Assembly: GCA_002315625.1 (NCBI GenBank)
Contig: DCHH01000025.1
Coordinates: 1-49,033 of the forward strand
Reading direction: 5' to 3'
Length of the DNA: 49,033 bases
DNA from: Bacteroidales bacterium UBA1757
GTDB taxonomy: Bacteria; Bacteroidota; Bacteroidia; Bacteroidales; UBA1402
In this document: positions 10,303-19,028 of the stretch, in pieces
Layout: each line of letters starts with the position of its first letter
How positions within the stretch are numbered: the first letter of the stretch is position 1
Notes under the pieces: model-generated
What the model saw: the letters and a program-made list of their open reading frames with translations, nothing else
Told to the model about the DNA's origin: nothing
The model's database searches: none
Position numbers and translations under genes: made by a program

Positions 10303-11157
10303 ATGAAGCATTTGATTGTCTGCATATTGATTCTCGGCATGCCGCTCTGGCTTAAGAATTGCCTTGGCGTTGAGCAGCAGGAAGAACGGATGACTGTTGC
10401 AAGCATCGGTGAAGAGTATTTGTACAGCGACGAGTTACAATCATCCATTCCATCCGGACTCAGCAAGGAGGACAGTTCATTTATGGCCCGGCAAATCATA
10501 GAGAAATGGGCAAAGGAGATTCTGATGTATAATGCTGCAAAGAAGAACATTTCTGACAATGCCGAAATAGAGGCAATGGTTGAGGCATATCGCAGGTCCC
10601 TGATTATCTATGAATACCAGCAGCAGGTCATTTTGGAGAAGGTAAAGACGACCATCCCTGAAGATGAAATCGAGAGTTATTACACAAAGAACATCAACAA
10701 TTTCCTCTCCTCAAGGAATCTGGTTAAGGGAGTACTGATTAAGGCTCCTGTCAATTCCGGTTCTCTCGAACAGCTTCGCAGATGGTACACAAAAGACGAT
10801 GTTGAAACCGTCGAGAAGATGACGCTGCTCTGCCTGCAGAAAGGAATCAGTGTCGATGTCTTTCTTGACAACTGGACTTCGTTTGACGATGTCATTGACC
10901 AGATACCATGTGAAATCCAGGACCAGACGACATTCCTGAAAGGGAAAAGGACACTTGATTTATCAGACGACAACTACGATTACCTGTTGTATGTAAAGGA
11001 ATATATCCTGGCCGGGCAACCCGAGCCATTGGACTATGTGAGTCCGCGTGTGCGCAGTATTCTGGTCAACATCCACAAAAAAGAATTCATCCGTCATTTC
11101 GAAGACGAAATGTATAACGAAGCTCTCAAGAAAGGAGATTTATCCATTTATGAATAA
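10303..11157 (+). CDS. SurA N-terminal-domain-like chaperone without an obvious parvulin domain (hypothetical)
   Basis: 284 aa with an N-terminal hydrophobic signal containing a Cys (LKNC). Sits between two PPIase genes. I see no FGxH rotamase signature. Confidence 0.55.
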   Translation: MKHLIVCILILGMPLWLKNCLGVEQQEERMTVASIGEEYLYSDELQSSIPSGLSKEDSSFMARQIIEKWAKEILMYNAAKKNISDNAEIEAMVEAYRRSLIIYEYQQQVILEKVKTTIPEDEIESYYTKNINNFLSSRNLVKGVLIKAPVNSGSLEQLRRWYTKDDVETVEKMTLLCLQKGISVDVFLDNWTSFDDVIDQIPCEIQDQTTFLKGKRTLDLSDDNYDYLLYVKEYILAGQPEPLDYVSPRVRSILVNIHKKEFIRHFEDEMYNEALKKGDLSIYE

Positions 11158-12496
11158 AAGAACCGTATTTACCATCGTGGTTTCATTGATTTCTGTGCTT
11201 TCAATTGCACAGAACAACATCATAGACGAAGTGGTCTGGGTGGTCGGCGATGAAGCCATTCTCAAATCCGAAGTTGAACAACGCCGTTTGATGGCCCTGC
11301 AGCAAGGTGAGAAATTCAACGGCGACCCATACTGTGTTATTCCCGAGCAGCTGGCCATTCAAAAGCTTTTCCTCCATCAGGCAGACCTGGACAGTATCAT
11401 AGTAACCGACAATGATGTAATAGCTTCCGTTGACCGCCAAATAAATTACATGATAGCACAGTTGGGAAGCAAGGAAAAACTCGAAGAGTATTTCGGTAAA
11501 AGCCTGAACAAAATCCGAGAGGATCAGCGTGCAATGGCCCGTGAAGAGCAGACCGTGAACGAGATGCGCCGAAAGCTCATCGGCAACGTCACAGTCACCC
11601 CCAATGAGGTTCGCACCTTCTACAATTCCCTCCCGCAGGACAGTATTGCAATCATTCCCGCCGAAGTGGAGGTTGAAATCATCACCATAGAGCCCAACTA
11701 TCCAAAAGATGAGGTTGAAGATATCAAGGCCCGCCTGCGCGAATACACCGAGCGCATCAACAAAGGTGAACGTTTCTCCACACTGGCAGTCATGTATTCT
11801 GAAGACCGCGCCTCGGCCACAATGGGAGGTGAGCTCGGCTTCATGGGAAAGGGTCAGCTTGTCCCCGAATTCGCCAATGTTGCCTTCAGCCTGACCGACC
11901 CCACAAAGGTGTCGCGTATCGTTGAGACAGAATACGGATTCCACATAATCCAGCTGATTGAAAAACGTGGTGACCGTGTTAACTGCCGCCACATCCTGCT
12001 CAAGCCGAAAGTGTCTGCCAAGGAACGCAACGAAGCAATGATCCGCCTGGACAGTATTGCAGACGTTATTCGCAACGGTAAAATGACCTTCAAGCAAGCC
12101 GCCTCGTACTATTCGTATGACAAAGACACCCGTAACAACGGCGGTCTGATGTTTCATGAGGAGGACGGCAGTTCGCATTTCCTCCTTGAAGAGCTTCCCC
12201 AGGAGATAGGCAAGCAGGTTTACAACATGAATGTCGGCGAAATTTCCAAGCCGTTCACCATGGTAAAAAGCAACAACAAGGAGGTCTGTGCAATCATCAG
12301 AGTCAAGAGCAAGACCAAGGCCCATAAGGCCACCATCACTGATGACTATCTGAAACTCAAGCAGATGGTAATGGTCAACAAGCAAGAGAAAATCATTGAG
12401 GACTGGATTGTCAGAAAGCAGAAGGAGGTCTATGTCCGCATAAACGAGAACTGGCGTGACTGCGAGTTCCATTACCCCGGCTGGATCAAGCAATGA
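11150..12496 (+). CDS. surA: SurA-like periplasmic chaperone / peptidyl-prolyl isomerase
   Basis: I chose the internal ATG at 11150 (MNKRTVFTIVVSLISVLSIAQ, a signal peptide) over the track start at 11048. It overlaps the upstream stop by 8 nt (ATGAATAA). Parvulin signatures YGFHIIQL and CRHILLK are present. Confidence 0.8.
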   Translation: MNKRTVFTIVVSLISVLSIAQNNIIDEVVWVVGDEAILKSEVEQRRLMALQQGEKFNGDPYCVIPEQLAIQKLFLHQADLDSIIVTDNDVIASVDRQINYMIAQLGSKEKLEEYFGKSLNKIREDQRAMAREEQTVNEMRRKLIGNVTVTPNEVRTFYNSLPQDSIAIIPAEVEVEIITIEPNYPKDEVEDIKARLREYTERINKGERFSTLAVMYSEDRASATMGGELGFMGKGQLVPEFANVAFSLTDPTKVSRIVETEYGFHIIQLIEKRGDRVNCRHILLKPKVSAKERNEAMIRLDSIADVIRNGKMTFKQAASYYSYDKDTRNNGGLMFHEEDGSSHFLLEELPQEIGKQVYNMNVGEISKPFTMVKSNNKEVCAIIRVKSKTKAHKATITDDYLKLKQMVMVNKQEKIIEDWIVRKQKEVYVRINENWRDCEFHYPGWIKQ

Positions 12497-14211
12497 GTCT
12501 GCAGTTTACATCATCTCTGAAAGTCGCATTGCTGAAAAGCACGATCATCGCTTTGTTCCTTTCTCTTGCAGCACTCCCTTTGGCAGCACAAGAGAACTCA
12601 GGGACTGAGCAACCGGAGATGATATATCTGGAGCACTCGGACCGGTTGGTGTTTGACAAGCAAAACAACTTTGACGAAGCAAGGAATGCCGACTACCAGT
12701 TGCTCGTAGGAAATGTTCAGTTCCGTCATGAGGATGCCTGGATGTACTGCGATTCGGCACATTACTACCAGAAGAGCAACTCTCTGTTCGCCATAGGTAA
12801 TGTACGCATAGAACAAGGCGACAGCCTTATTATTACGGGGAAAACGCTTTTCTACGACGGTAACCGAAGAATAGCTCAATTGCGCAACAATGTCGTTATG
12901 GAGCACTACAAATCCATGACACTCTATACCGACTTTCTCGATTACGACCGTAATAATAATGTCGGCTATTACTTTAACGGAGGCAAACTTGTTGACTCAA
13001 CCAATGTTCTTACTTCCGTGCGCGGTCAGTACAATCCATCCACGCGACTTGCAACATTCAAGGACAGTGTAAAAGTAGTGCAGACGGGAGAAAGAAGCTT
13101 CGAACTCTACACCGACACCCTGCGATATCACGTGCAGACCAACGTTGCCTCCATCATCTCACACAGCGTTATCTATTCCGGCAAGACCACCATCCACGCC
13201 TTCCGGGGCTGGTACGACACCAAAAAAGAGAACAGCCTGCTTTTGGACCGCTCATACATAGAAAATTCGCCCAACCACATGATTGGCGACAGCATACTCT
13301 TCGATAAGGCAAACGGCATTGGACGTGGTTACAACAATGTAGCCATGACCGACTCAAGCCGTTCAATTCGTGTATGTGGCAACTATGTGTTCAGCAATCA
13401 AAACAGTAATTACGTATTCAGCACCGACAGGGCCGTTCTTCAGGAATTTTCCGGAAACGATACCCTGTACCTGCATGCCGACACCTTGGAGCTCAGCAAG
13501 GATTCCATATACAACGTAGCCAAGGCGTTCCATCATGTCCGGTACTTTAGAAAAGATTTACAGGGCCTCTGCGACTCGCTTTACTATCATGAACGGGATT
13601 CTATTCTCGACATAGTCGGAGTACCCATAATCTGGGCACAGGGGAACATGGTTCGAGGTAACATCATGAAACTCTACATGAAAGCCAACGCCGACAGCAC
13701 CAGTCTGGAACCTGACTACCTTTATGCGGAGAAGAATGCCTGTATGATTTCCCAGGAAGCCTCGGATACTTCATATTTCAATCAGTCTCAAGGGGATTAT
13801 CTCAAGGCTTTTTTCCGTCAGAACCACATAGACCATATTGAAATAACCGGTAGCACCCAGTCAATCTACCTTCCCCACGACGGCAACGAGAACATCACTG
13901 GATTGAACCGATTAGAAAAGGGAGATACATGGATTTACCTCACAGACGAGGGGAAACTCGACCACATAAAAGTTGCCCCCTCCCCAAAAGGCGTATTCTA
14001 CCCGCTTCCACTGGTGACACCCGCCGACAAACGGCTTTCCTTGTTTAGTTGGCCGGAAGAGCTGAGACCCAAATCAAAGGAAGACATTTTCTCCCGTCCA
14101 ACTATAAACAAGGGTATCTATGAGCAGAAGAAGACACCAAAGCGTGAGGATAAGACCGACAGCGACGGAAAGCACTCCAGACGCCGGAAAGGTGGCGCCA
14201 CAGTCAGATAA
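12493..14211 (+). CDS. OstA-like (LptA/LptD N-terminal fold repeat) protein
   Basis: 572 aa with a signal peptide. Repeated beta-rich GNV.F....Y.DSA.Y-type segments are typical of OstA-like proteins. Basic C-terminal tail. The ATG overlaps the surA stop (ATGA). Confidence 0.65.
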   Translation: MSLQFTSSLKVALLKSTIIALFLSLAALPLAAQENSGTEQPEMIYLEHSDRLVFDKQNNFDEARNADYQLLVGNVQFRHEDAWMYCDSAHYYQKSNSLFAIGNVRIEQGDSLIITGKTLFYDGNRRIAQLRNNVVMEHYKSMTLYTDFLDYDRNNNVGYYFNGGKLVDSTNVLTSVRGQYNPSTRLATFKDSVKVVQTGERSFELYTDTLRYHVQTNVASIISHSVIYSGKTTIHAFRGWYDTKKENSLLLDRSYIENSPNHMIGDSILFDKANGIGRGYNNVAMTDSSRSIRVCGNYVFSNQNSNYVFSTDRAVLQEFSGNDTLYLHADTLELSKDSIYNVAKAFHHVRYFRKDLQGLCDSLYYHERDSILDIVGVPIIWAQGNMVRGNIMKLYMKANADSTSLEPDYLYAEKNACMISQEASDTSYFNQSQGDYLKAFFRQNHIDHIEITGSTQSIYLPHDGNENITGLNRLEKGDTWIYLTDEGKLDHIKVAPSPKGVFYPLPLVTPADKRLSLFSWPEELRPKSKEDIFSRPTINKGIYEQKKTPKREDKTDSDGKHSRRRKGGATVR

Positions 14212-14223
14212 ATTCATCAGACC

Positions 14224-14583
14224 ATGACAATATTCCCGTTTTTCAAGCAACCAACCCCGCGGCGTTTCGACCATAAGCCTATCTACTACGACAAGCAGGC
14301 AGAAGAGCGTCGTGAAAGATACGACCGCATAAGAAAGCAACTCGAAATGGAAGAAGCAGAGAAAAAAATTCAAAACGGTGAACAGCCGGCAGCAGGACAG
14401 GAATGTGACCTGACCGCCTCACAGAAGCACGACCAGTTCGAAAAGAACATCCGCGGCAGTTTCCGCCAGAACATCCCCGGCGGCAGCAACCTGGACAAAC
14501 TGGTCAAGACAAACCGCACAGTGATGATAGTCTTTGCCGTCCTGCTGGTACTGGCAATGCTGCTCATCTGGAAACTTTCCTAA
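14224..14583 (+). CDS. hypothetical small protein with a C-terminal transmembrane anchor
   Basis: 119 aa. Highly charged N-terminal part (ERRERYDRIRKQLEMEEAEKK) and a single C-terminal TM helix VMIVFAVLLVLAMLLIW. Tightly packed between ostA-like and mutL. Confidence 0.5.
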   Translation: MTIFPFFKQPTPRRFDHKPIYYDKQAEERRERYDRIRKQLEMEEAEKKIQNGEQPAAGQECDLTASQKHDQFEKNIRGSFRQNIPGGSNLDKLVKTNRTVMIVFAVLLVLAMLLIWKLS

Positions 14584-14602
14584 ACATCCGTAGGTAATTC
14601 TG

Positions 14603-16447
14603 ATGGGAAACATCATTGCCGTACTGCCAGAGTCGGTAGCCAACCAGATTGCTGCCGGCGAAGTAATCCAGCAGCCCGCATCAGCCATCAAGGAACTGAT
14701 GGAGAATGCAATAGACGCTGGAGCTACCAGAATCGATGTGACAGTCAAGGACGGAGGACGCTCACTTATCCAGGTATCCGACAATGGAAAAGGAATGTCC
14801 CCGGATGATGCCGTGACCTGCTTTGAGCGGCATGCCACCTCCAAACTTCACACGGCTGACGATTTGTTTTCCATCCACACAATGGGTTTCCGTGGAGAAG
14901 CCCTTGCCTCAATTGCAGCCATTGCTCAAGTCGAGCTTATCACCCGCCGCCCAGAGGATGAACTGGGCTGCAAGGTGTGTATTGCCGGCTCCAAGCTGGA
15001 AAGCACAGAAAAAATCGTAGCCGAAAAGGGGACACGACTTTCTGTGCGCAATATTTTCTTCAACGTTCCTGCAAGGCGGAAATTCATGGGAACAGCGGCG
15101 AAGCAGTTTCAAGCTATCCGCTCGGAGTTTATCCAGATTGCCCTCTCCCACCCCGAATGCCAGCTTTCACTGACAAGCGATGGAATCGTTGTCTTCCAGC
15201 TGACGGCGGGCAACCTTCGCCAACGGATTGTCTCGATGTTCGGTGAAACATTGAACAAAAGTCTCTACCCAATAGAGGTTGAAACCGATGTTATACGTAT
15301 CAGCGGATTCCTTGCCGACCCGCAAGCCTCCCGCAAACGCAACGCCGAACAGTATTTTTACATCAATCACCGCTTCATTAAGCATCCTTATTTCAGAAAG
15401 GCCATTCAAAGTGTGTATGAGCCTCTCGTTTCCGAAGGGATGCAACCCGTTTTCTTCCTGTTCCTTCAGGCTGATACCGACACCATTGATGTCAACATAA
15501 GCCCTACCAAGACGGAAGTTAAATTCGAGAATGAACAGATTATCTGGCCTATCCTTCAGGCCGGAGTACGCGAATGCCTTGGCAAATACAATGCTGTCCC
15601 GTCCATAGATTTTGACCAGACCAATGCACCACTGATTGATGTTTTTCACCCAGAAGAAGACATCAAGGCTCCCCAGGTACAATACAATCCTCAGTATAAC
15701 CCGTTCAAGAAAACTTCCGGTTCAACTTCTTTCCAGCCCAGACCTTCCTTTGAGACTGAGTTCAAAGAAGAGAGTGAACTATACAGTTTGAGTGACGAGC
15801 AGGCTGATGACACTCAAGAAGAAGTGCTTCAGCCATTGTTTGAAGAGGACACATCCAAAATGGATTTGAGCCAGGTCAACCAACTCTTCGGACGGTACAT
15901 TACCGTCCCTTCCGGCGATGCCCTACTTCTCATAGACCAGCACCGCGCAAGCATCAGGCTCCATTACGAACTGTACAACCAGCGGCTTAGTGCACACCGT
16001 ACCGCTTCGCAGACGCTCCTCTTCCCTGAGGAGATGGAATTGCCGGCAGCACGTAAAATAGATTTCGACTCCATCCGTACTGCCTTGGAGGATCTGGGGT
16101 TCTGCTTCGAAACTTCCGTTCCAGGATGGGTGTCAATCACCGCAATTCCCGACATTGCTCAGGGACTTGCCCCCATCGCAGTCGTTAACGGGCTGATTGA
16201 CAGCTATGTTGAAATGAATACAGATAACCACCTGCAAGGAGCTCCATTCCTGCAGGAACGCAATTACCGTCTGGCACTGCGCATGGCAAGGCAGTCTGCT
16301 CTTCCATACGGTCAGATTCTGTCAAAAGGTGAAATGACCCAACTCTGCCAGGATCTGTTCCAGCTTGAGCTGCACAACCTTACCCCAGACGGGAAACACA
16401 TTATTTTAAGCCTCAGCGCCGAAGAACTCACAAGGCGCTTCAATTGA
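14603..16447 (+). CDS. mutL: DNA mismatch repair protein MutL
   Basis: N-terminal GHKL ATPase motifs (IAAGEV, ELMENAIDAG, DNGKGM) and a C-terminal endonuclease-type LIDQHRA motif. Confidence 0.95.
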   Translation: MGNIIAVLPESVANQIAAGEVIQQPASAIKELMENAIDAGATRIDVTVKDGGRSLIQVSDNGKGMSPDDAVTCFERHATSKLHTADDLFSIHTMGFRGEALASIAAIAQVELITRRPEDELGCKVCIAGSKLESTEKIVAEKGTRLSVRNIFFNVPARRKFMGTAAKQFQAIRSEFIQIALSHPECQLSLTSDGIVVFQLTAGNLRQRIVSMFGETLNKSLYPIEVETDVIRISGFLADPQASRKRNAEQYFYINHRFIKHPYFRKAIQSVYEPLVSEGMQPVFFLFLQADTDTIDVNISPTKTEVKFENEQIIWPILQAGVRECLGKYNAVPSIDFDQTNAPLIDVFHPEEDIKAPQVQYNPQYNPFKKTSGSTSFQPRPSFETEFKEESELYSLSDEQADDTQEEVLQPLFEEDTSKMDLSQVNQLFGRYITVPSGDALLLIDQHRASIRLHYELYNQRLSAHRTASQTLLFPEEMELPAARKIDFDSIRTALEDLGFCFETSVPGWVSITAIPDIAQGLAPIAVVNGLIDSYVEMNTDNHLQGAPFLQERNYRLALRMARQSALPYGQILSKGEMTQLCQDLFQLELHNLTPDGKHIILSLSAEELTRRFN

Positions 16448-16452
16448 AAATT

Positions 16453-18192
16453 ATGAAAAAAAACCAGATAGCCAGGATTCGCAAACGCGACCTGAAACTG
16501 AACATCATGGATTATTTCCGTGATAACGATACGCAAAGCTTCAACTACAAACAGGTATCGGCAGCCATGGGTATCACCCGTCAGATTTCCAAGCTGATGG
16601 TTGACGATATACTTCACGAACTGCTTGAATCACATTTTCTGGCAGAAGAAAAGGAAGGAAAATACCGAATTGCCGTCAGGCCACGGCCCGAACGCCGTAT
16701 TATGGGCGATGACATTATGGGAGAATTCAACCTTCCGGAACATTACCCCGAAGAGGCTGAAAAAGCCGCACTTGCATTTTCTGAGGAAATCAAGCCTGAC
16801 GAACTTTCCTGGAGAGAGGATTTCCGCAGCGTTCCCACATTTACTATTGACCCTGCCGATGCCAAGGACTACGATGATGCCATTTCCTTCAGGATACTTG
16901 AAAACGGCCACTACGAAATCGGGGTGCACATCGCCGACGTAACCTTCTATGTCAAACCAGGGACTGTCATAGACAAGGAAGCTGAGCAGCGTGCCACATC
17001 GGTCTATCTTGTTGACCGCGTAATTCCAATGCTTCCTGAGCGGCTCTGCAACCAAGTCTGCTCACTGCGACCCGATGAGGACAAACGCTGCTTCGCATGC
17101 ATTTTCGAGATGGACGACAACGCCAAACTCCTGAAATCCAAAATTGTGCGGACTGTAATCCGTTCCGATGCACGATTGGACTACGATTTTGTCCAAAGCC
17201 TCATTGACGAAGATTCAACCATACATCCTCTCAAAGAGCAGATTCTCACCCTGAACCGTCTTGCCCAGATACTCAGGGCCGAGCGCTTCAAGAACGGGGC
17301 AATCAATTTCGAAACCACTGAAGTCCGCTTTGAAATCGACGAAAAAGGCAAACCGACCGGAGTCTATTTCCGTGAAGCGACCCCGTCACACCAGCTCATT
17401 GAGGAGTTTATGCTCCTGGCTAACCGCACAGTGGCCGAATATGTAGGGAAGAAAGGTACCATAGCCAAGCCTTTTGTATATCGTATCCACGACCAGCCTG
17501 ACAAGGAAAAGCTTGCCAACGTAGCCAAATTCATCAAGCGTTTCGGCCACAGTCTTACCGTAGAAGGCAGCAAAAAGGATGTTGCCTCTTCCATTAACCG
17601 GCTCCTTGACAGCGTGAAAGGCCATCGCGAAGCAAACATCGTTTCGACCATCACAGTCCGCGCCATGGCAAAAGCCATCTATTCGACAGACAATATCGGC
17701 CACTACGGACTGGCATTCTCCCACTACACCCACTTCACCTCGCCAATCCGACGCTATCCGGACATGATGGTCCACCGCCTTCTGGAACGTTATCTTTACG
17801 ACGGAAAAGCCGTTAACAAAGACTACCTGGAAAAAAAGTGCGATCATTGCTCCGAAATGGAACGTCTGGCCGAACAGGCAGAACGCGCCTCGGTCAAATG
17901 CAAGCAGATTGAGTTCATGGAAGAACGCAAAGGGGTTGTCTATAAGGGTGTAATCTCCGGTGTGACTGAGTTCGGCATTTTTGTCGAAATCATTGAAAAC
18001 AAGTGCGAAGGACTGGTTCTAATGCGCGATTTGGACGATGACCACTACGATTACGTTGAGCGCGAATACTGCCTGAAAGGACGCTATCACCACAAAGTCT
18101 ATCGGTTAGGCGACGAAGTCTATGTAATGGTGGCCCGCACAAATATGGACCGTCGCCAGCTCGATTTTATCCTCGCAGACCCAACTGAATAA
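16453..18192 (+). CDS. rnr: ribonuclease R-like 3'-5' exoribonuclease (HTH + RNB + S1; cold-shock domains not detectable)
   Basis: RNB motifs FTIDPADAKDYDDA, LVDRVIPMLP and FTSPIRRYPD. C-terminal S1 domain (GVISGVTEFGIFVEI). I preferred the ATG at 16453 over the TTG at 16444 given in the track. Confidence 0.88.
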   Translation: MKKNQIARIRKRDLKLNIMDYFRDNDTQSFNYKQVSAAMGITRQISKLMVDDILHELLESHFLAEEKEGKYRIAVRPRPERRIMGDDIMGEFNLPEHYPEEAEKAALAFSEEIKPDELSWREDFRSVPTFTIDPADAKDYDDAISFRILENGHYEIGVHIADVTFYVKPGTVIDKEAEQRATSVYLVDRVIPMLPERLCNQVCSLRPDEDKRCFACIFEMDDNAKLLKSKIVRTVIRSDARLDYDFVQSLIDEDSTIHPLKEQILTLNRLAQILRAERFKNGAINFETTEVRFEIDEKGKPTGVYFREATPSHQLIEEFMLLANRTVAEYVGKKGTIAKPFVYRIHDQPDKEKLANVAKFIKRFGHSLTVEGSKKDVASSINRLLDSVKGHREANIVSTITVRAMAKAIYSTDNIGHYGLAFSHYTHFTSPIRRYPDMMVHRLLERYLYDGKAVNKDYLEKKCDHCSEMERLAEQAERASVKCKQIEFMEERKGVVYKGVISGVTEFGIFVEIIENKCEGLVLMRDLDDDHYDYVEREYCLKGRYHHKVYRLGDEVYVMVARTNMDRRQLDFILADPTE

Positions 18193-18231
18193 TTTTTTTC
18201 AAAAAAAAAGAGTTTTCATGTAACGGATTAA

Positions 18232-18300
18232 AGAGGAATTCGTCTAAGGAGTTGTATCTGATTCCATGAAAATCAGGTGCGACTCTTTTTAATTTCCTCT
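18232..18300 (+). other. three-tier imperfect stem-loop in the rnr 3' region (possible structured RNA)
   Basis: Pairings read directly: AGAGGAA 18232-18238 with TTCCTCT 18294-18300; AAGGAGT 18246-18252 with ACTCTTT 18282-18288 (one G-T); CTGATT 18258-18263 with AATCAG 18271-18276. Confidence 0.3.
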
Positions 18301-18310
18301 ATATACGTAG

Positions 18311-18352
18311 AAGGTGCACCGACGTGAGGTCAGGGCACCTTTTTCTTTCTTT
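18311..18352 (+). terminator. Rho-independent terminator (probably ends the rnr transcript)
   Basis: Stem AAGGTGC / GCACCTT followed by TTTTCTTTCTTT. Lies about 120 nt after the rnr stop and upstream of the apt -7 box. Confidence 0.6.
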
Positions 18353-18384
18353 ACAATTCACTTGCAGATGCCGTGTATTAGCAT

Positions 18385-18392
18385 TATTTTTG
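18385..18392 (+). promoter_or_regulatory. -7 promoter box (TATTTTTG) for apt
   Basis: Matches TAnnTTTG, 20 nt upstream of the apt ATG. Confidence 0.45.
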
Positions 18393-18411
18393 TCCCATCT
18401 GACAACCGTAC

Positions 18412-18948
18412 ATGACAACACAGGAATTGATCGACAACATCAGGGTAATCGAAGATTTCCCCGTCAAAGGCATCCACTTTCAGGATGTCACCACCTTAGT
18501 GAACAACCACGAATGTATCTGCGAGATACTTGATCGCATCTGTGCAATCTACAAAGACAAGGGCATCACCAAAGTGGTAGGCCTGGAGGCACGCGGCTTC
18601 ATACTCGGAGGAGCATTGGCATACCGTCTCGGCGCAGGATTCGTCCTTGCCCGCAAACCGGGAAAGCTTCCCGGAAAGACATTGAGTGAAAGCTACTGTC
18701 TGGAGTACGGAAAAGACACGGTTGAAATCCATGAAGGCTCAATCACCCCCGACGATGTCGTGCTTGTTCACGACGACCTTGTTGCAACCGGCGGCACTTT
18801 CGGTGCTGTCTGGCGTCTCTGTCACCGTTTCGGTGCAAAGCAGGTCTATCTCAACTCAATAATAGACCTGACCGACTGTCCCCGTCGCAGCGACTTCCCA
18901 ACCGATGCCCCCCGCACTGCCATCCTCTCTATCGGCGGTGTCGAATAA
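18412..18948 (+). CDS. apt: adenine phosphoribosyltransferase
   Basis: 178 aa. PRPP-binding motif VLVHDDLVATGGT, with FPVKGIHFQDVT near the N-terminus. Confidence 0.93.
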   Translation: MTTQELIDNIRVIEDFPVKGIHFQDVTTLVNNHECICEILDRICAIYKDKGITKVVGLEARGFILGGALAYRLGAGFVLARKPGKLPGKTLSESYCLEYGKDTVEIHEGSITPDDVVLVHDDLVATGGTFGAVWRLCHRFGAKQVYLNSIIDLTDCPRRSDFPTDAPRTAILSIGGVE

Positions 18949-18970
18949 TAAGGAAAACAAGACTCCATAA

Positions 18971-19014
18971 ATAATAAAGCCTCCGTCTCGCAGGACAGAG
19001 GCTTTATTATTTTC
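18971..19014. terminator. bidirectional terminator between convergent apt and the NCS2 permease gene
   Basis: ATAATAAAGCCTC (18971-18983) pairs perfectly with GAGGCTTTATTAT (18998-19010). The inner part adds CGTC/GAC pairs. A/T tracts lie on both sides. Confidence 0.7.
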
Positions 19015-19028
19015 AGAAATATAATCGC

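Noticed and set aside
11048-11149. N-terminal extensions offered by the ORF track. They affect surA (11048), truA (39974), wbqC (30948), dapB (28806), fabF (22973), lepB (29575), argR (35542), argC (37885), the CoA-transferase (46529), the permease (20360) and the lipoprotein (28777).
   Set aside because: In each case the extension overlaps the preceding gene or lacks family-typical sequence. An internal start then yields the canonical N-terminus: a signal peptide, a Rossmann start, MELKRVVVTGLG, and so on.
11201-12493. A 430-aa ORF on the minus strand spanning almost the whole surA-like gene. Similar long antisense ORFs lie at 41588-42559 (opposite argF'), 47467-48168 (opposite purC) and 45933-46574 (opposite the CoA-transferase gene).
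   Set aside because: All four are in the antisense frame that is codon-aligned with the sense gene. In that frame, antisense stops arise only from sense TTA, CTA and TCA codons. For example, the surA antisense ORF ends exactly at the sense TCA at 11201-11203. The translations are low-complexity and Leu/Val/Gly-rich with no motifs, whereas the sense strands encode clearly recognisable proteins. These are shadow ORFs caused by codon bias.
16456-16463. An A8 homopolymer directly after the rnr start codon, and an A8 run at 22226-22233 near the 3' end of the DEAD-box helicase gene. I considered these as slipped-strand phase-variation tracts.
   Set aside because: The runs are short and encode ordinary Lys-rich N- and C-termini (MKKN..., ...NKKKKKYL). 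There is no evidence of variation from a single sequence. The helicase run would affect only the last few codons.
18193-18411. Possible purine riboswitch upstream of apt, and likewise upstream of the NCS2 permease at 20328-20400 on the minus strand.
   Set aside because: I looked for the conserved purine-riboswitch junction and loop sequences and a three-way junction, and found none. The apt -7 box lies downstream of the structured region, leaving only about a 15-nt leader. The permease leader is about 55 nt with no convincing fold.
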